Origin: a virus
Virus record (IMG/VR): IMGVR_UViG_3300036770_005816
Span: 32,001 to 96,000 of that record
DNA length: 64,000 nucleotides
Strand: one strand, 5' to 3'
This document shows positions 28,727 to 38,599 of the stretch, one piece after another; within the stretch, counting starts at the first letter, position 1; each line of letters begins with the position of its first letter. Both the position numbers and the translations under genes were made by a program. The notes under the pieces were generated by a model. That model searched no databases. It saw only the letters and a program-made list of their open reading frames with translations, and was not told the origin of the DNA.

Positions 28727-31098
28727 TTTTTCCTGTTGCGGTAACTCGCAGCCCTCCGCTCAGCAATCGTAGTGTTCGCCACAAACTGTCGCCCCCTCTT
28801 GTCGCCCTCAATCTTTTTGCGGTTAGTCGCCGCTCTCTGCGCAGGCGTCAAACGACCCCACACCTTATCGGGCAGATACCTGCGCATTTTGCCTCCACGC
28901 AACGCTGGTTTGCCGTCAGAAGTACGCCACTTCTCACGCGTCCACTTCTTCAACGAGCGTTGCTTCTTGTTCGGCGACTTACCCTTCTTGTACCCACCGC
29001 CAGCCTTACGGTATCTGACGGCTACCAACTGTGCTTTACGAGCAGACCACTGCCCAGGTCTGCCACCTTCGCTTCCAGCCATCACCCGTGCCTTGATTCT
29101 TTCACGCAAAGCATTGTTCGTGTAAGGGGACTCACCCTTAATATCGACAGCATTCGATTGGACAAGATAGAACTCGGCAACCCTTTGGTTGTAAACAGAC
29201 ATATCATCTCCCGTCTTTCGCTTCAATTTCTTTGCGATTCTCTTTCCTCTTCTATAGACACGCCTAACCAAACTTGCTATCGCGTCAAGCAAAACTTTCG
29301 ATTCTTTGGTTTCATCCACAGAATATTGCTGATTTTTGTTTTCTTTCCTCGGTGTCGCACTAGCCAAACCAGAACACAACGAAATTTCAATTGCACCAGT
29401 TTTACTGAAAGACAAACCAGAGTGCTCATGAACATTGTCTCGTTTGGCTTCCTTCTTTTCAATCCACGACGACATTTTTCTCCAAGCATCAACAAGTTCT
29501 TCATGAGGTGGCGTCAAACCGATTTTATCTGCCGCTCGCTGTTCGGCAACCCATTCAGAAAAATTGACTCCGGCATACGGGGACGTGCGCACCATGCGCC
29601 TACCTCTGTCACCAAAAATCAAAGACATCATATTTCTATTAATATTGTCAAACCACAACGACCACTGATAACTATTCGGGTCTCTAATAACCCCCAAGAT
29701 ACTGTCGCGGTCACCGTTTTTGTTAACAAAAGCATTTCCATAAGCATCGTTGGAAATAAAGTGTGTAACCAACCTGTTCGCCGCCATAATCCACAAAATG
29801 TCATCAGGTATATTTTCGCGTCCATATTTGTCAAGCAAATCGCCGTTCAAAACATCCCTGATGCTCGGAACATTAAATGCCGGCATCGCCTCATCGGGCA
29901 ATTTTTTCATGGCTTCCTTGACGACACCTATGCCCTGAGCAATGAATTCCTCCATCTCTTTGATGTCCGCGTCGGTTATGTTGAAATTAGGATTTTTTGC
30001 ACCAACGGTTGCTTCCTTTTGCAGATTCTGCAAAATCAAAAGATTTCGTGCGACATCGGACTTGGTTTTGGGTTCGATAACAAATTTTTGGGATGTGAGC
30101 CAAGTGTAGTAATGTTCTGCGTGCACAAACTCGTGGTCGGCAACATACGCACCATAGAGATAGTCAAGTTGGTCGTCCGACATCCCTAACTGCTCCAATG
30201 GAAGCAGGAATTCCCTTTCAATTCCCCACAACCGTTTATTCATGTTGGAAATGTCCGCTCCGTCAACTGAAAGGTCTGGCGGGAAATCCAAATACGAATA
30301 CATCATTGGGCGCTGTTGGTCATCCTTGATGCTTTTTATGCCGTCGGAAATTATTCCCGCCACACCGTCGTATTTGACCGCCGCATTTCTGTCTCCTCGG
30401 CGAGAGATACCGCGAAGCAACGAGGCAACATCTGGGCGCTCCTCGCCCCTTCGGAGCAGGGTCAAAAATAAGCCCATATCCGCTGGTGTGGGAGGCTCAT
30501 TATCGAATGCTCTCGCGATTTCCCCATCTTCCAATGCGCGTTCAGAATCACCCAAATTTGGATAAACAGATTTGAGTGCTTTTACGGCGTTCTCGTTTTT
30601 GGTCAAATCGCCAAACTTGTTGGTGTACCGCTCATAGATTTCGGCGTGTGCCTTGAGTATGTTCTGTGCTGCTTTTAGCGAACGCTGTTGCTCATTGCTT
30701 GGTGTGCGGGATTCGAGTTTATTCACTGTTGCCGATTCGTCAGAGCGGAGGTTTCTGACCTTGTTGAAAACTTTTTTAAACAAGGAAACCAATTCGTCAA
30801 CAGGTGGCGTGTAGGGGATATTGTCCTCTCCGCCGGGACCAGTCCTGAACCCGTCGCCGTCACCATCGAAATCTGCGACACCACCGATAGGGGTACCGAG
30901 AACTTTTACAATAAACTCTCCGTGATGTTTGACTTCTGTTGATTGTTCAGCACCATTTTTGATTCTTTTCATTACTTTTTTCGGTTCTTCGTTTTCCACC
31001 AATGTGTAGTAGTAAAAATCAGCCTTCTGTTTCGGAGTCAAAACCTGTACGGCTTTAGCCAAGTCCCTAGATTCCTGTATTGACATAACTGAAATCAT
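28723..31098 (-). CDS. Tagged polyprotein: DGDGDG tag + zincin HExxH domain + C-terminal DUF5872-like basic domain
   Basis: VKVLGTPIGGVADFDGDGDG; ADHEFVHAEH...SPYAGVNFSEWVAE; GGRPGQWSARKAQL...QRSLKKWTREKWRT. Confidence 0.65.
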   Translation of the reverse strand: MISVMSIQESRDLAKAVQVLTPKQKADFYYYTLVENEEPKKVMKRIKNGAEQSTEVKHHGEFIVKVLGTPIGGVADFDGDGDGFRTGPGGEDNIPYTPPVDELVSLFKKVFNKVRNLRSDESATVNKLESRTPSNEQQRSLKAAQNILKAHAEIYERYTNKFGDLTKNENAVKALKSVYPNLGDSERALEDGEIARAFDNEPPTPADMGLFLTLLRRGEERPDVASLLRGISRRGDRNAAVKYDGVAGIISDGIKSIKDDQQRPMMYSYLDFPPDLSVDGADISNMNKRLWGIEREFLLPLEQLGMSDDQLDYLYGAYVADHEFVHAEHYYTWLTSQKFVIEPKTKSDVARNLLILQNLQKEATVGAKNPNFNITDADIKEMEEFIAQGIGVVKEAMKKLPDEAMPAFNVPSIRDVLNGDLLDKYGRENIPDDILWIMAANRLVTHFISNDAYGNAFVNKNGDRDSILGVIRDPNSYQWSLWFDNINRNMMSLIFGDRGRRMVRTSPYAGVNFSEWVAEQRAADKIGLTPPHEELVDAWRKMSSWIEKKEAKRDNVHEHSGLSFSKTGAIEISLCSGLASATPRKENKNQQYSVDETKESKVLLDAIASLVRRVYRRGKRIAKKLKRKTGDDMSVYNQRVAEFYLVQSNAVDIKGESPYTNNALRERIKARVMAGSEGGRPGQWSARKAQLVAVRYRKAGGGYKKGKSPNKKQRSLKKWTREKWRTSDGKPALRGGKMRRYLPDKVWGRLTPAQRAATNRKKIEGDKRGRQFVANTTIAERRAASYRNRKK

Positions 31099-33566
31099 TT
31101 GGACCTCTCCTGCACTGCCAGCATTGACCTATCGTAAACAACAACCACATTTGGTTCGGCATCACTATCTTCAGCAACTTCACTGACCCAACCATTGGAA
31201 ACAAGAACATTCAACCTAGTGCCCTTGACACCTCTCGCCGCCAAAGAACGGCTTATATCGTCATCACCATAAAAATTTGTTTCCCCACGCCCTATACGCG
31301 CGCGATGTTCGGCGACTGTTTTTTTCATTTCCTCGATAGACATCAATGCGTCTGGCGGAATTGCCACAACGAGCACTTCGCCACCGTCTTCGTAAAACCC
31401 TTGAGCATAAATATCGGCAGTTTCTCTATCTAGCGCAAAGTTAATGCCGTTGCCGTGCACCCCCATGCCCGCAAAATATTGACCGCTTCTGAAATCGTCA
31501 GCCATTTGTTTCGCTTTTATGACAGTTCCTTTCCCATCTTCACCCTCAACCATGGCTGTACTTAATCCTCTATATGCAATAATCCAACCTTCTTTACGGA
31601 GACGCTCTATCTCATCCGCAGAGACAACCTTTGGTGGTTTATCGAATCCCTGTTTTTCGGCAATCATTTCCAACTGAACATCCCGACCAACACCTTTTGG
31701 CACTTTCTCGAGCCTTTGTTTGTACTCTCTGCCTGCTTCAGACTTTTCGAATTCATCTTTGCTTTTACCAAATAGCGATGCCAAATCTTTAGTTAAGTCT
31801 CGTATTTGCCGCTTTAGTGGCGCAGGATATTTGTCGCCACCAGGACCGCTAACAAACCCGTCCCCGTCGCCGTCAATCTCAGACATACCGCCAATAGGCG
31901 TACCGAGAACCTTCACCGCCAAATTCTTTTTATCATTTTCTCCCGAATCAACCAAATCCCAGTACCCGAATTTCAACACGGCTGAAACACTCGGAACATC
32001 TATTCTTTCTCCATTCACGAGCAGATAGCCGACATCTTTGTCAACCTCAAACAATCTTGCTTCACCAGAAACGGCAATCAGTACACCAGACTCTCGCTTA
32101 TCGGATTTGCCTTGAAGGTCGCCCGGTTCAACAAATTTACCTTCTCTTGGCAAAATCTGAATAGGAACACCCAACTCAGCCAACCGTTTCTGAACATCTT
32201 TATTCGCGAACTTATAATTAAAAGGAACAGCGATATAGGCGATATCTTCAATCTTTACACCGCCAAATATCTGAGCCTCGAAGTATCGATTATTGTAAGA
32301 CGAATAGTCTGGCTTTTGGTCATTCACTGTCCCCGCCCAGCCACCCTGCACACCTATCCCCTTGGGGTCATTTAGTGGCGAAACACCCATAAATTGTCCT
32401 GCAATCGAATCACCGGCAGTCATCGTTGAACGCTCTTCCACACCGCGTTTCATAACCATTGTCAAACGACCATATGTTCCACCATTAACGCCAATCTGTT
32501 CAACACCATCCTCGAAAAAAAATCCGTACACCGGACGAGCAGATTTTTTGCTTCCAGCAACAGGGATTCCAAAAAGCATCTGTTCGGCAACTGCACGAAA
32601 CTCCATCTGCTTCCTTAATTTGTTTCGTTCTTGCGAATCCCTACGCTCTAGTTTCCACGCATCAATGAACGCATTCCGCCCATTATTTTCAAACAAATTT
32701 TTGTATTTCCCATCAGACAAAACCTTTTCCAGACCACCCTCAGATATGGCAATACCAATTCGGCGATTTTTGTTCTCTACAAGTTTTTTGGCAACTTCAT
32801 CTGCGTCGGGGACTGCGCCATCGCGTTTCACATCAGCCATGAACTGAATAATTTTCCCGCTCTTCTCCAGCCCCATAAGGCTGTGACCCAACCATCTGCC
32901 AATCGGGTTTGGATAATGCGCGGGAGAATTTTCGTATTTTTTGTACTCCAACATCGTTTTGTAAAACGGATGTGTTTCTTTCACGCCGTTTTGTTTAAGC
33001 GCTTCAATTACATGATTAACGTAATCATCGCTCCATTTTTTCACTTTCGCGTGGCGCGCCATTACCGGAACGCCGTTATCCCTGACGAACTTCAACAAAT
33101 CTTGAGATTCTTTAGAGTTTGCATCGTCACCAAGGTTTTTCAGTAATTCTTCAAAATACTTTTTGCCATCCGGGTCGTCTCTGTTCCCAATTACGCTGTG
33201 TGCACCGTCGAACAGTGCCACAATGACACTGTGTGCGTTGGGATTGTCTCCGTATTTATTCAGCCACGCGACGGCTATCGGTGCTAACCGTTTCTCAAAA
33301 TCAATCGCATCGTCCATTTGTTTGCGCAATTCGGGAGTCCACCCGTCCCTCAGTAAAGGCGCCCAAGGTCGGTTCTTTTTGTTTGCTTCAGCAAAATTGC
33401 TGGCAGGAACAAGGATTTCGTTAAGCCCATCAACAGCCTTTTTTATCGGCGCGGGGTACTTGTCACCGCCCGGACCGCTAACAAACCCGTCCCCATCACC
33501 ATCGACCTCGGACATCCCACCAATAGGGGTTCCAAGAACTTTTACATAAAGACCAGACACCCCCAT
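31095..33566 (-). CDS. Tagged polyprotein with two DGDGDG tags and two putative ADP-ribosyltransferase-fold domains (DUF3626-like and YRG..GxGxxF type)
   Basis: Tag at N-terminus and again internally; RPVYG...YG...STMTAGDS...YFEAQIFGGV; AYRGLS...GMGVHGNGINFA. Confidence 0.6.
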   Translation of the reverse strand: MGVSGLYVKVLGTPIGGMSEVDGDGDGFVSGPGGDKYPAPIKKAVDGLNEILVPASNFAEANKKNRPWAPLLRDGWTPELRKQMDDAIDFEKRLAPIAVAWLNKYGDNPNAHSVIVALFDGAHSVIGNRDDPDGKKYFEELLKNLGDDANSKESQDLLKFVRDNGVPVMARHAKVKKWSDDYVNHVIEALKQNGVKETHPFYKTMLEYKKYENSPAHYPNPIGRWLGHSLMGLEKSGKIIQFMADVKRDGAVPDADEVAKKLVENKNRRIGIAISEGGLEKVLSDGKYKNLFENNGRNAFIDAWKLERRDSQERNKLRKQMEFRAVAEQMLFGIPVAGSKKSARPVYGFFFEDGVEQIGVNGGTYGRLTMVMKRGVEERSTMTAGDSIAGQFMGVSPLNDPKGIGVQGGWAGTVNDQKPDYSSYNNRYFEAQIFGGVKIEDIAYIAVPFNYKFANKDVQKRLAELGVPIQILPREGKFVEPGDLQGKSDKRESGVLIAVSGEARLFEVDKDVGYLLVNGERIDVPSVSAVLKFGYWDLVDSGENDKKNLAVKVLGTPIGGMSEIDGDGDGFVSGPGGDKYPAPLKRQIRDLTKDLASLFGKSKDEFEKSEAGREYKQRLEKVPKGVGRDVQLEMIAEKQGFDKPPKVVSADEIERLRKEGWIIAYRGLSTAMVEGEDGKGTVIKAKQMADDFRSGQYFAGMGVHGNGINFALDRETADIYAQGFYEDGGEVLVVAIPPDALMSIEEMKKTVAEHRARIGRGETNFYGDDDISRSLAARGVKGTRLNVLVSNGWVSEVAEDSDAEPNVVVVYDRSMLAVQERSK

Positions 33567-33582
33567 ATTTTACTACGAACCA

Positions 33583-33852
33583 TCAACCACGCTCTAAACG
33601 AATAGCACCCTCCACAATTAAATCATTCACCGAAACCCTCTCCAACAACCCCAACAAAAACTCGGCATCAGGGTCACCAGCCTCAGCAGCCTCCCCCAAA
33701 AAATCCAACACATCCTGCTCCGTCCGAGCATCCCTCACCACCCACGGCGTAAAACCCTTCGGCACCAACCCCGAACCAGACAACCTGATTTCCCTAGACG
33801 CGACATCGCGAGACCCGCGTTGCACAGAACGACGCTTATGATGCTTCGGCAT
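33583..33852 (-). CDS. Hypothetical protein
   Basis: MPKHHKRR... ORF downstream of DUF1599-like gene. Confidence 0.45.
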   Translation of the reverse strand: MPKHHKRRSVQRGSRDVASREIRLSGSGLVPKGFTPWVVRDARTEQDVLDFLGEAAEAGDPDAEFLLGLLERVSVNDLIVEGAIRLERG

Positions 33853-34369
33853 ACGCCAAAGGTAGCAAAAACACTCCACCAACCCACATACAGCCGATAG
33901 CACAATAACCAACCACATCCAAAAGATTGTCAGCCAACGACTCATTCTGCGGAGACGCATCCCGCGCCAACAAATTCTCCAAACGCGCCACCTTGTCATG
34001 CAAACGAACAAACAACCCGCGCTCACCAAACCTACGAATATTCTCATGCCCGTAATCCGTCTGCTTACGAACCAGCGTCTTCGTCACCACATCAGCATCC
34101 AACTCATACCCAAGAACCGACGCCAACATCACACCAGCACGACCGATATCACGCCACGAAGCCAACCGAGCCTCCCCGCTACGCGACTGCTCCTCAAAAT
34201 CGAGACCGATAGCAGCATCCAAAAACGCGCGCAAATCCCCAACCGACCGCACCATCAATTTGTCACTGCTCAAACCACCAAAAATACGGTCAACCGCAAC
34301 CACAGCCGCATCATTCCACGAAACCCCAACCCGACCAGAACCCCAAAAAATGTGATTTTCCATACCCAC
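33836..34369 (-). CDS. DUF1599 / nucleotide-modification-associated domain protein
   Basis: KQTDYG...VRLHDKVARLENL...ESLADNLLDVVGY. Confidence 0.75.
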   Translation of the reverse strand: MGMENHIFWGSGRVGVSWNDAAVVAVDRIFGGLSSDKLMVRSVGDLRAFLDAAIGLDFEEQSRSGEARLASWRDIGRAGVMLASVLGYELDADVVTKTLVRKQTDYGHENIRRFGERGLFVRLHDKVARLENLLARDASPQNESLADNLLDVVGYCAIGCMWVGGVFLLPLAYAEAS

Positions 34370-34386
34370 ACAATAGACTCAAAACA

Positions 34387-34746
34387 GTGAACAACATACG
34401 CACCCAATACACCCGCCGAAGCAACGCCTACGTCATCCTCTGCTACGCCCGCATGATGGCACACTGGAAAGGGCGGGAATGGTTTACAGACAAGGACTAT
34501 CACACCTTCCAAGCAGGACGCATACAAACCAAACGAATCCGAGAAACCCTCAAACGGCTCGTCCAACAAAACTTCCTCACCAAAGACAACACCAACCCCA
34601 AAACACCCCGCTACCACATAACCGAAAAAGGAATCGGCGCAATCTACGACGTAGAACGCAGATACCCATCACAAGAAATCAACAAAGACATCTACCGACC
34701 CGTCCCCAAACAACAAAAACCCAAAGCCCCAGCCGTCATTAAATAA
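34387..34746 (+). CDS. Winged-helix-like protein
   Basis: LKRLVQQNFL...RYHITEKG wing motif. Confidence 0.55.
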   Translation: MNNIRTQYTRRSNAYVILCYARMMAHWKGREWFTDKDYHTFQAGRIQTKRIRETLKRLVQQNFLTKDNTNPKTPRYHITEKGIGAIYDVERRYPSQEINKDIYRPVPKQQKPKAPAVIK

Positions 34747-34753
34747 AACAAAC

Positions 34754-35296
34754 ATGCCCATCTCAGAAATAATGACACTCACCGCCAAAGAACTCATCCA
34801 CGTCGTCACCTGGGTCAAACAAGCACAAGCCAACAAACGCAACCACAAAGTAAACGACCAAATCTACGCAAAAACCCTCGGCTCAGAAGGCATCGCACTC
34901 ATGGGCAAATGCGGAGAAGTCATCGCCGCCCGCTACTACGGCGTCCAACCCGACTGGAACATCTACATCGGCGCAGACAACGGCAACGACCTCCACATCC
35001 ACAACAAAAAAACCGAAATCAAAACCTCAACCCAACGCAACCTCATCATCAACGACCCCGCCCACAACAAATACGGCATCTGGAAACCCGACACCGAAAT
35101 CTGCATCCTCGTCCACTGCAACCGACCCCCCAAAACCGCCATAACCATCAGCACCACCACACAATTCCAAATAATCGGCGCAATCAACCGCCACGAATTC
35201 TTCCAAATCGCCCAAAAACGCAACTACGGCTACGGACCCCGCCTAGTAGCCACAGAACAACAACTCCACGGCAACGAAATCTTCCAAATCAAATAA
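34754..35296 (+). CDS. Hypothetical protein, possible PD-(D/E)xK nuclease
   Basis: GKCGE...DNGND...TEIKT pattern. Confidence 0.45.
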   Translation: MPISEIMTLTAKELIHVVTWVKQAQANKRNHKVNDQIYAKTLGSEGIALMGKCGEVIAARYYGVQPDWNIYIGADNGNDLHIHNKKTEIKTSTQRNLIINDPAHNKYGIWKPDTEICILVHCNRPPKTAITISTTTQFQIIGAINRHEFFQIAQKRNYGYGPRLVATEQQLHGNEIFQIK

Positions 35297-35319
35297 CCCA
35301 AAACAACTAACATCAAACC

Positions 35320-36054
35320 GTGCAAACCAACACAATCACGGTCAACGACGCCACCCAAACACTCCAACAACTCCCCGACAACAGCATCCACACCGTCATC
35401 ACCTCACCCCCCTACAACAAAAAAGGCATAAACGGCGGCAAAACACAAAACAGCAACCAAATCTGGCAAAAACACAACATCAACTACAACCAATACCACG
35501 ACAACATGCCAGAACACCAATACCAACAATGGCTAATAGAAATAATCAACCAACTCCACCGCATCATCACACCAGACGGCTCAATCTTCCTCAACCACAA
35601 ACCCCGACGCCACAACAACCAAGCCCACCTCCCAACCGAAATAATCCACAAAACCAACGCCAACATCTACCAACTCATCATCTGGAACCGCCACAACTCC
35701 CCCAACATCCGAAACGACCACCTCCTCCCCAACACCGAACACATCTACTGGCTCACCAAAAACAAACCACGCACATACCGCAACCAACTACACCCCAAAT
35801 ACATCACCGAAATCTGGGACATCCCCCCACAAAAACAAAACCAACACCCCGCACCATTCCCACCACAACTCGTCGAAAACTGCATCCTCCTCACCACACA
35901 ACCCGGAGACATCATCCTCGACCCATTCAACGGAATCGGAACAACCACCACCACCGCACACAAACTCCAACGCCAATACATCGGCTACGACATAGACCCC
36001 CACTACACACAAATCGCACAACAAGCCATCACAGTCCCCGCTCTCACAAAATAA
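35320..36054 (+). CDS. DNA methyltransferase, N4-C/N6-A beta class
   Basis: VITSPPYN, HPAPFP, LDPFNGIGTT, YIGYDI. Confidence 0.9.
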   Translation: MQTNTITVNDATQTLQQLPDNSIHTVITSPPYNKKGINGGKTQNSNQIWQKHNINYNQYHDNMPEHQYQQWLIEIINQLHRIITPDGSIFLNHKPRRHNNQAHLPTEIIHKTNANIYQLIIWNRHNSPNIRNDHLLPNTEHIYWLTKNKPRTYRNQLHPKYITEIWDIPPQKQNQHPAPFPPQLVENCILLTTQPGDIILDPFNGIGTTTTTAHKLQRQYIGYDIDPHYTQIAQQAITVPALTK

Positions 36055-36152
36055 ACAGAACACACCCGACCAAAAAATTGGCGCACACCCGCCCCCGGTG
36101 CTGTCGAGGCGCCCCTAGGTTGTAGTCCCGCTTATTTGGCTTTTTTGTGTGT

Positions 36153-36265
36153 GAACATGTGTTCGTGTGTGTTTGTTGTGTGTGATTGGGGGCGAACATG
36201 TGTTTGTGGGGGCGAACATGTGTTTTTGTGTGTGAACATGTGTTCGTGTTTGCGAACATGTGTTT
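36153..36265. repeat. Five copies of GAACATGTGTT(C/T), 20-bp phased (LexA-box-like / iteron-like)
   Basis: Copies start at 36153, 36194, 36214, 36234, 36254. Confidence 0.85.
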
Positions 36266-36612
36266 GTTTGTGGTTTGTGGTTTGACTTTCGTTTCGTCGT
36301 GTTGTAAAGTGTTGTGCGATTATCCGTTTTGTTTATTTTGATGAAAGTGAGAGTGTGAGTGTGGCTAAGTACAGGTATCGGAATCGTTATGACATCGCAC
36401 CGTGTTATGAAGAGCGTGGTAAGTGGTGGGTTGTTGATACTGAGAGTCGTTATGCGAAGGTGAAGTTGTGTGGGTCTCGTGCTGAGGCGTTGCGTGAGTC
36501 GTATCGTCTTGACCGTGTGTTGGCGTGAAGTTTCGCAAGGCTCACGGGTGATTTACGGGTGATTTGTGATGTGTATTCGTATGATGAAACTAGGTGAGAG
36601 ACACATGAAAGG

Positions 36613-37284
36613 ATGTGTGAGTGTATGAGTTCGTTAGCGACTAAGTATTGTGATTTCATCACTGAACTTGCTCAACATAGGAAGAGTGAAGCATGTCTTA
36701 TGAATCGTGGTGTGACAGATACAAGTTCGTTCGTGTCTGTTTCGTACAGAGATGAGATGATGACCATTGACGCTACGGGTGGTGAAACACTTGTTGAGAC
36801 GCTACCTCGAACATTGGATGCTGTCATAAAGACAGGTCTCATGAAGTTTGATGTGCTTGCGTTCACCGCAGAAGTGTTCATGAAACCCGCAGAAGGTATG
36901 ACAGAAGAGGAAGCGAAACGATACAAGCGTGGCGACCTTGAGAAGGAATACCAAACGAATCCGCTAACCGATGTGATGGAAGGTTTGTTTACTGTCGTCA
37001 CTACTTGGGAAGGTGATACCGCATACCGTTTCGTGAAAGTGAACTACGACGACAGGGGGCAACCCGTGTACGGGGATACGGGTAGTGAAGTTGCTACCCC
37101 TCAACGAAACATGTCAGGGTTCGTGACTCGCATACTGAACGACTATCGTGACTACTGTCGTAGGGAACTCTCAACCGATGAAGGCAAAGAGTATCTCGAA
37201 GCGTTTGATGAACTCGTCACAGAGCAAGGGTCGTTAGCGAAGGCTGTCGCATACATAGCGAACCTAGACACAGGGAAGAACTAG
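36613..37284 (+). CDS. Hypothetical protein
   Basis: 223 aa ORF followed by inverted repeat at ~37295-37326. Confidence 0.6.
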   Translation: MCECMSSLATKYCDFITELAQHRKSEACLMNRGVTDTSSFVSVSYRDEMMTIDATGGETLVETLPRTLDAVIKTGLMKFDVLAFTAEVFMKPAEGMTEEEAKRYKRGDLEKEYQTNPLTDVMEGLFTVVTTWEGDTAYRFVKVNYDDRGQPVYGDTGSEVATPQRNMSGFVTRILNDYRDYCRRELSTDEGKEYLEAFDELVTEQGSLAKAVAYIANLDTGKN

Positions 37285-37504
37285 CGACGGGTTGCTCACG
37301 GGTAGCACCCCTACTACCCGTGAGACTCACCTCTAATCAGACATACGCCTCATACTCGATGTGGAGTTGGTCGTCGTGGAGATACTTGACTACCTCAACG
37401 GCTTTCTGTCTCGCCGTGTTGATGATGTCTGCTTCAGTCATGGTCTCAGTCGTATCCTCAACCTCGACTAGGAAGGTGACATAGCACTCGTAGAGAATCG
37501 TCAT

Positions 37505-37581
37505 TTCGTATTTCCTCTCTCACCCTCACGGGTGGCTAGTAGTTGTGTATCAGTATTACGCACCGAAGTCATGAAGTGTGA
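37505..37581 (-). promoter_or_regulatory. Phage promoter + CTACTAG-hairpin leader (representative minus-strand copy)
   Basis: Reverse strand reads GTCACAC-N12-GTGCGTAATA...ACTACTAG-CCACCC-GTGA-GGGTG-AGAGAGG...ATG. Confidence 0.75.
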
Positions 37582-37825
37582 CGCTCAGCAGTAGTCGCCG
37601 TCAGGCGGACAGCACTCGTGGCACTCAACCGACGCACCCTCAGGAATCGTGTTGGGGTCGAAGTTCACCCCCAACCAAGATTCGGCGATGTCGCAGAAGA
37701 TTTCGCAGTCGTCGTGAGAAACCTCACGCCCGCAAGAGTTACAAGTAAGCATTTCGTATCACCTCTCCCACCCGTTACGGGTGTCTAGTAGTTGCCGACT
37801 ACCTTAGGGAAAGGGTGTTACGGGG

Positions 37826-38599
37826 TTACTCGTAGTCAGCGTGAGAATCCAAGAACGAAAGCAACCGCTCAGCCGTCGTGTCACCGTCATACGCAGGCGC
37901 AGAACGCAACCACCTGATGAAGTCGTACCACTTGCGTTGTTGCTCAGCAGACTCAAAGACAAGCGTGTACTGAACCACCGCCTTGGAGTTCGCACCACCA
38001 ACCACCGTGCCACTCCCCTGAACCACCGCCCTCGCAGTATCAGTCGAAGCAGGCGCAACCACCCCCGACCCCTCAGCAGTCTCAACCACAGTCAGAGGCG
38101 CAACGGGACTAGCGGACTCGACAACGGGATTCGGATTCACAATCACGGGCGGAGTGTAGGTCGTGTCATCATCCGACACATAATCATCTTCCATCGAAGC
38201 GAACTCGAACTCATCCCATCCGAGCGACTCGAACAAATCCGCATAATCATCAGCAGTCGTAATCATCTCGAACAGAAGGTTGCTATCCACCGTGCCAAGT
38301 TCAGTAGTACGGTTATCAGCAAGAGCGAAAGCGACAGCACGGGAATCGTCGCCATCGAACTCGACGCACGCAACTTCCGACCAACCAAGCCGACGGCACG
38401 CCTCGACCTGATGATTACCCGCAAGCACCGTGTAAGTCCCGTCACCGTTGCCACGCACCACGACGGGTTTCACTTGACCGAACTCCTTGTACGACGCCAT
38501 AATCGCATCGACATTTCCTTTACGGGGGTTGCCGTCGAGAGGAATCAACTTCTCAATCGGCATCGCCAAGTTCTTTATCGACTCGTGGATGTTGCTCAT
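37826..38599 (-). CDS. ParB/Srx-like N-terminal domain protein
   Basis: NPRKG...FGQVKPVVV...LAGNHQVEA...ALADNR. Confidence 0.8.
   Translation of the reverse strand: MSNIHESIKNLAMPIEKLIPLDGNPRKGNVDAIMASYKEFGQVKPVVVRGNGDGTYTVLAGNHQVEACRRLGWSEVACVEFDGDDSRAVAFALADNRTTELGTVDSNLLFEMITTADDYADLFESLGWDEFEFASMEDDYVSDDDTTYTPPVIVNPNPVVESASPVAPLTVVETAEGSGVVAPASTDTARAVVQGSGTVVGGANSKAVVQYTLVFESAEQQRKWYDFIRWLRSAPAYDGDTTAERLLSFLDSHADYE

Noticed and set aside
28960-30189. 409 aa plus-strand ORF
   Set aside because: Antisense to the tagged zincin polyprotein
34479-36125. Alternative-frame P/Q/H/R-rich and V/G-rich ORFs
   Set aside because: By-products of extreme C/A skew, which removes stop codons
36153-36265. 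GAACATGTGTT repeats as mini-CRISPR
   Set aside because: Repeat 12 bp and spacers ~8 bp of low complexity
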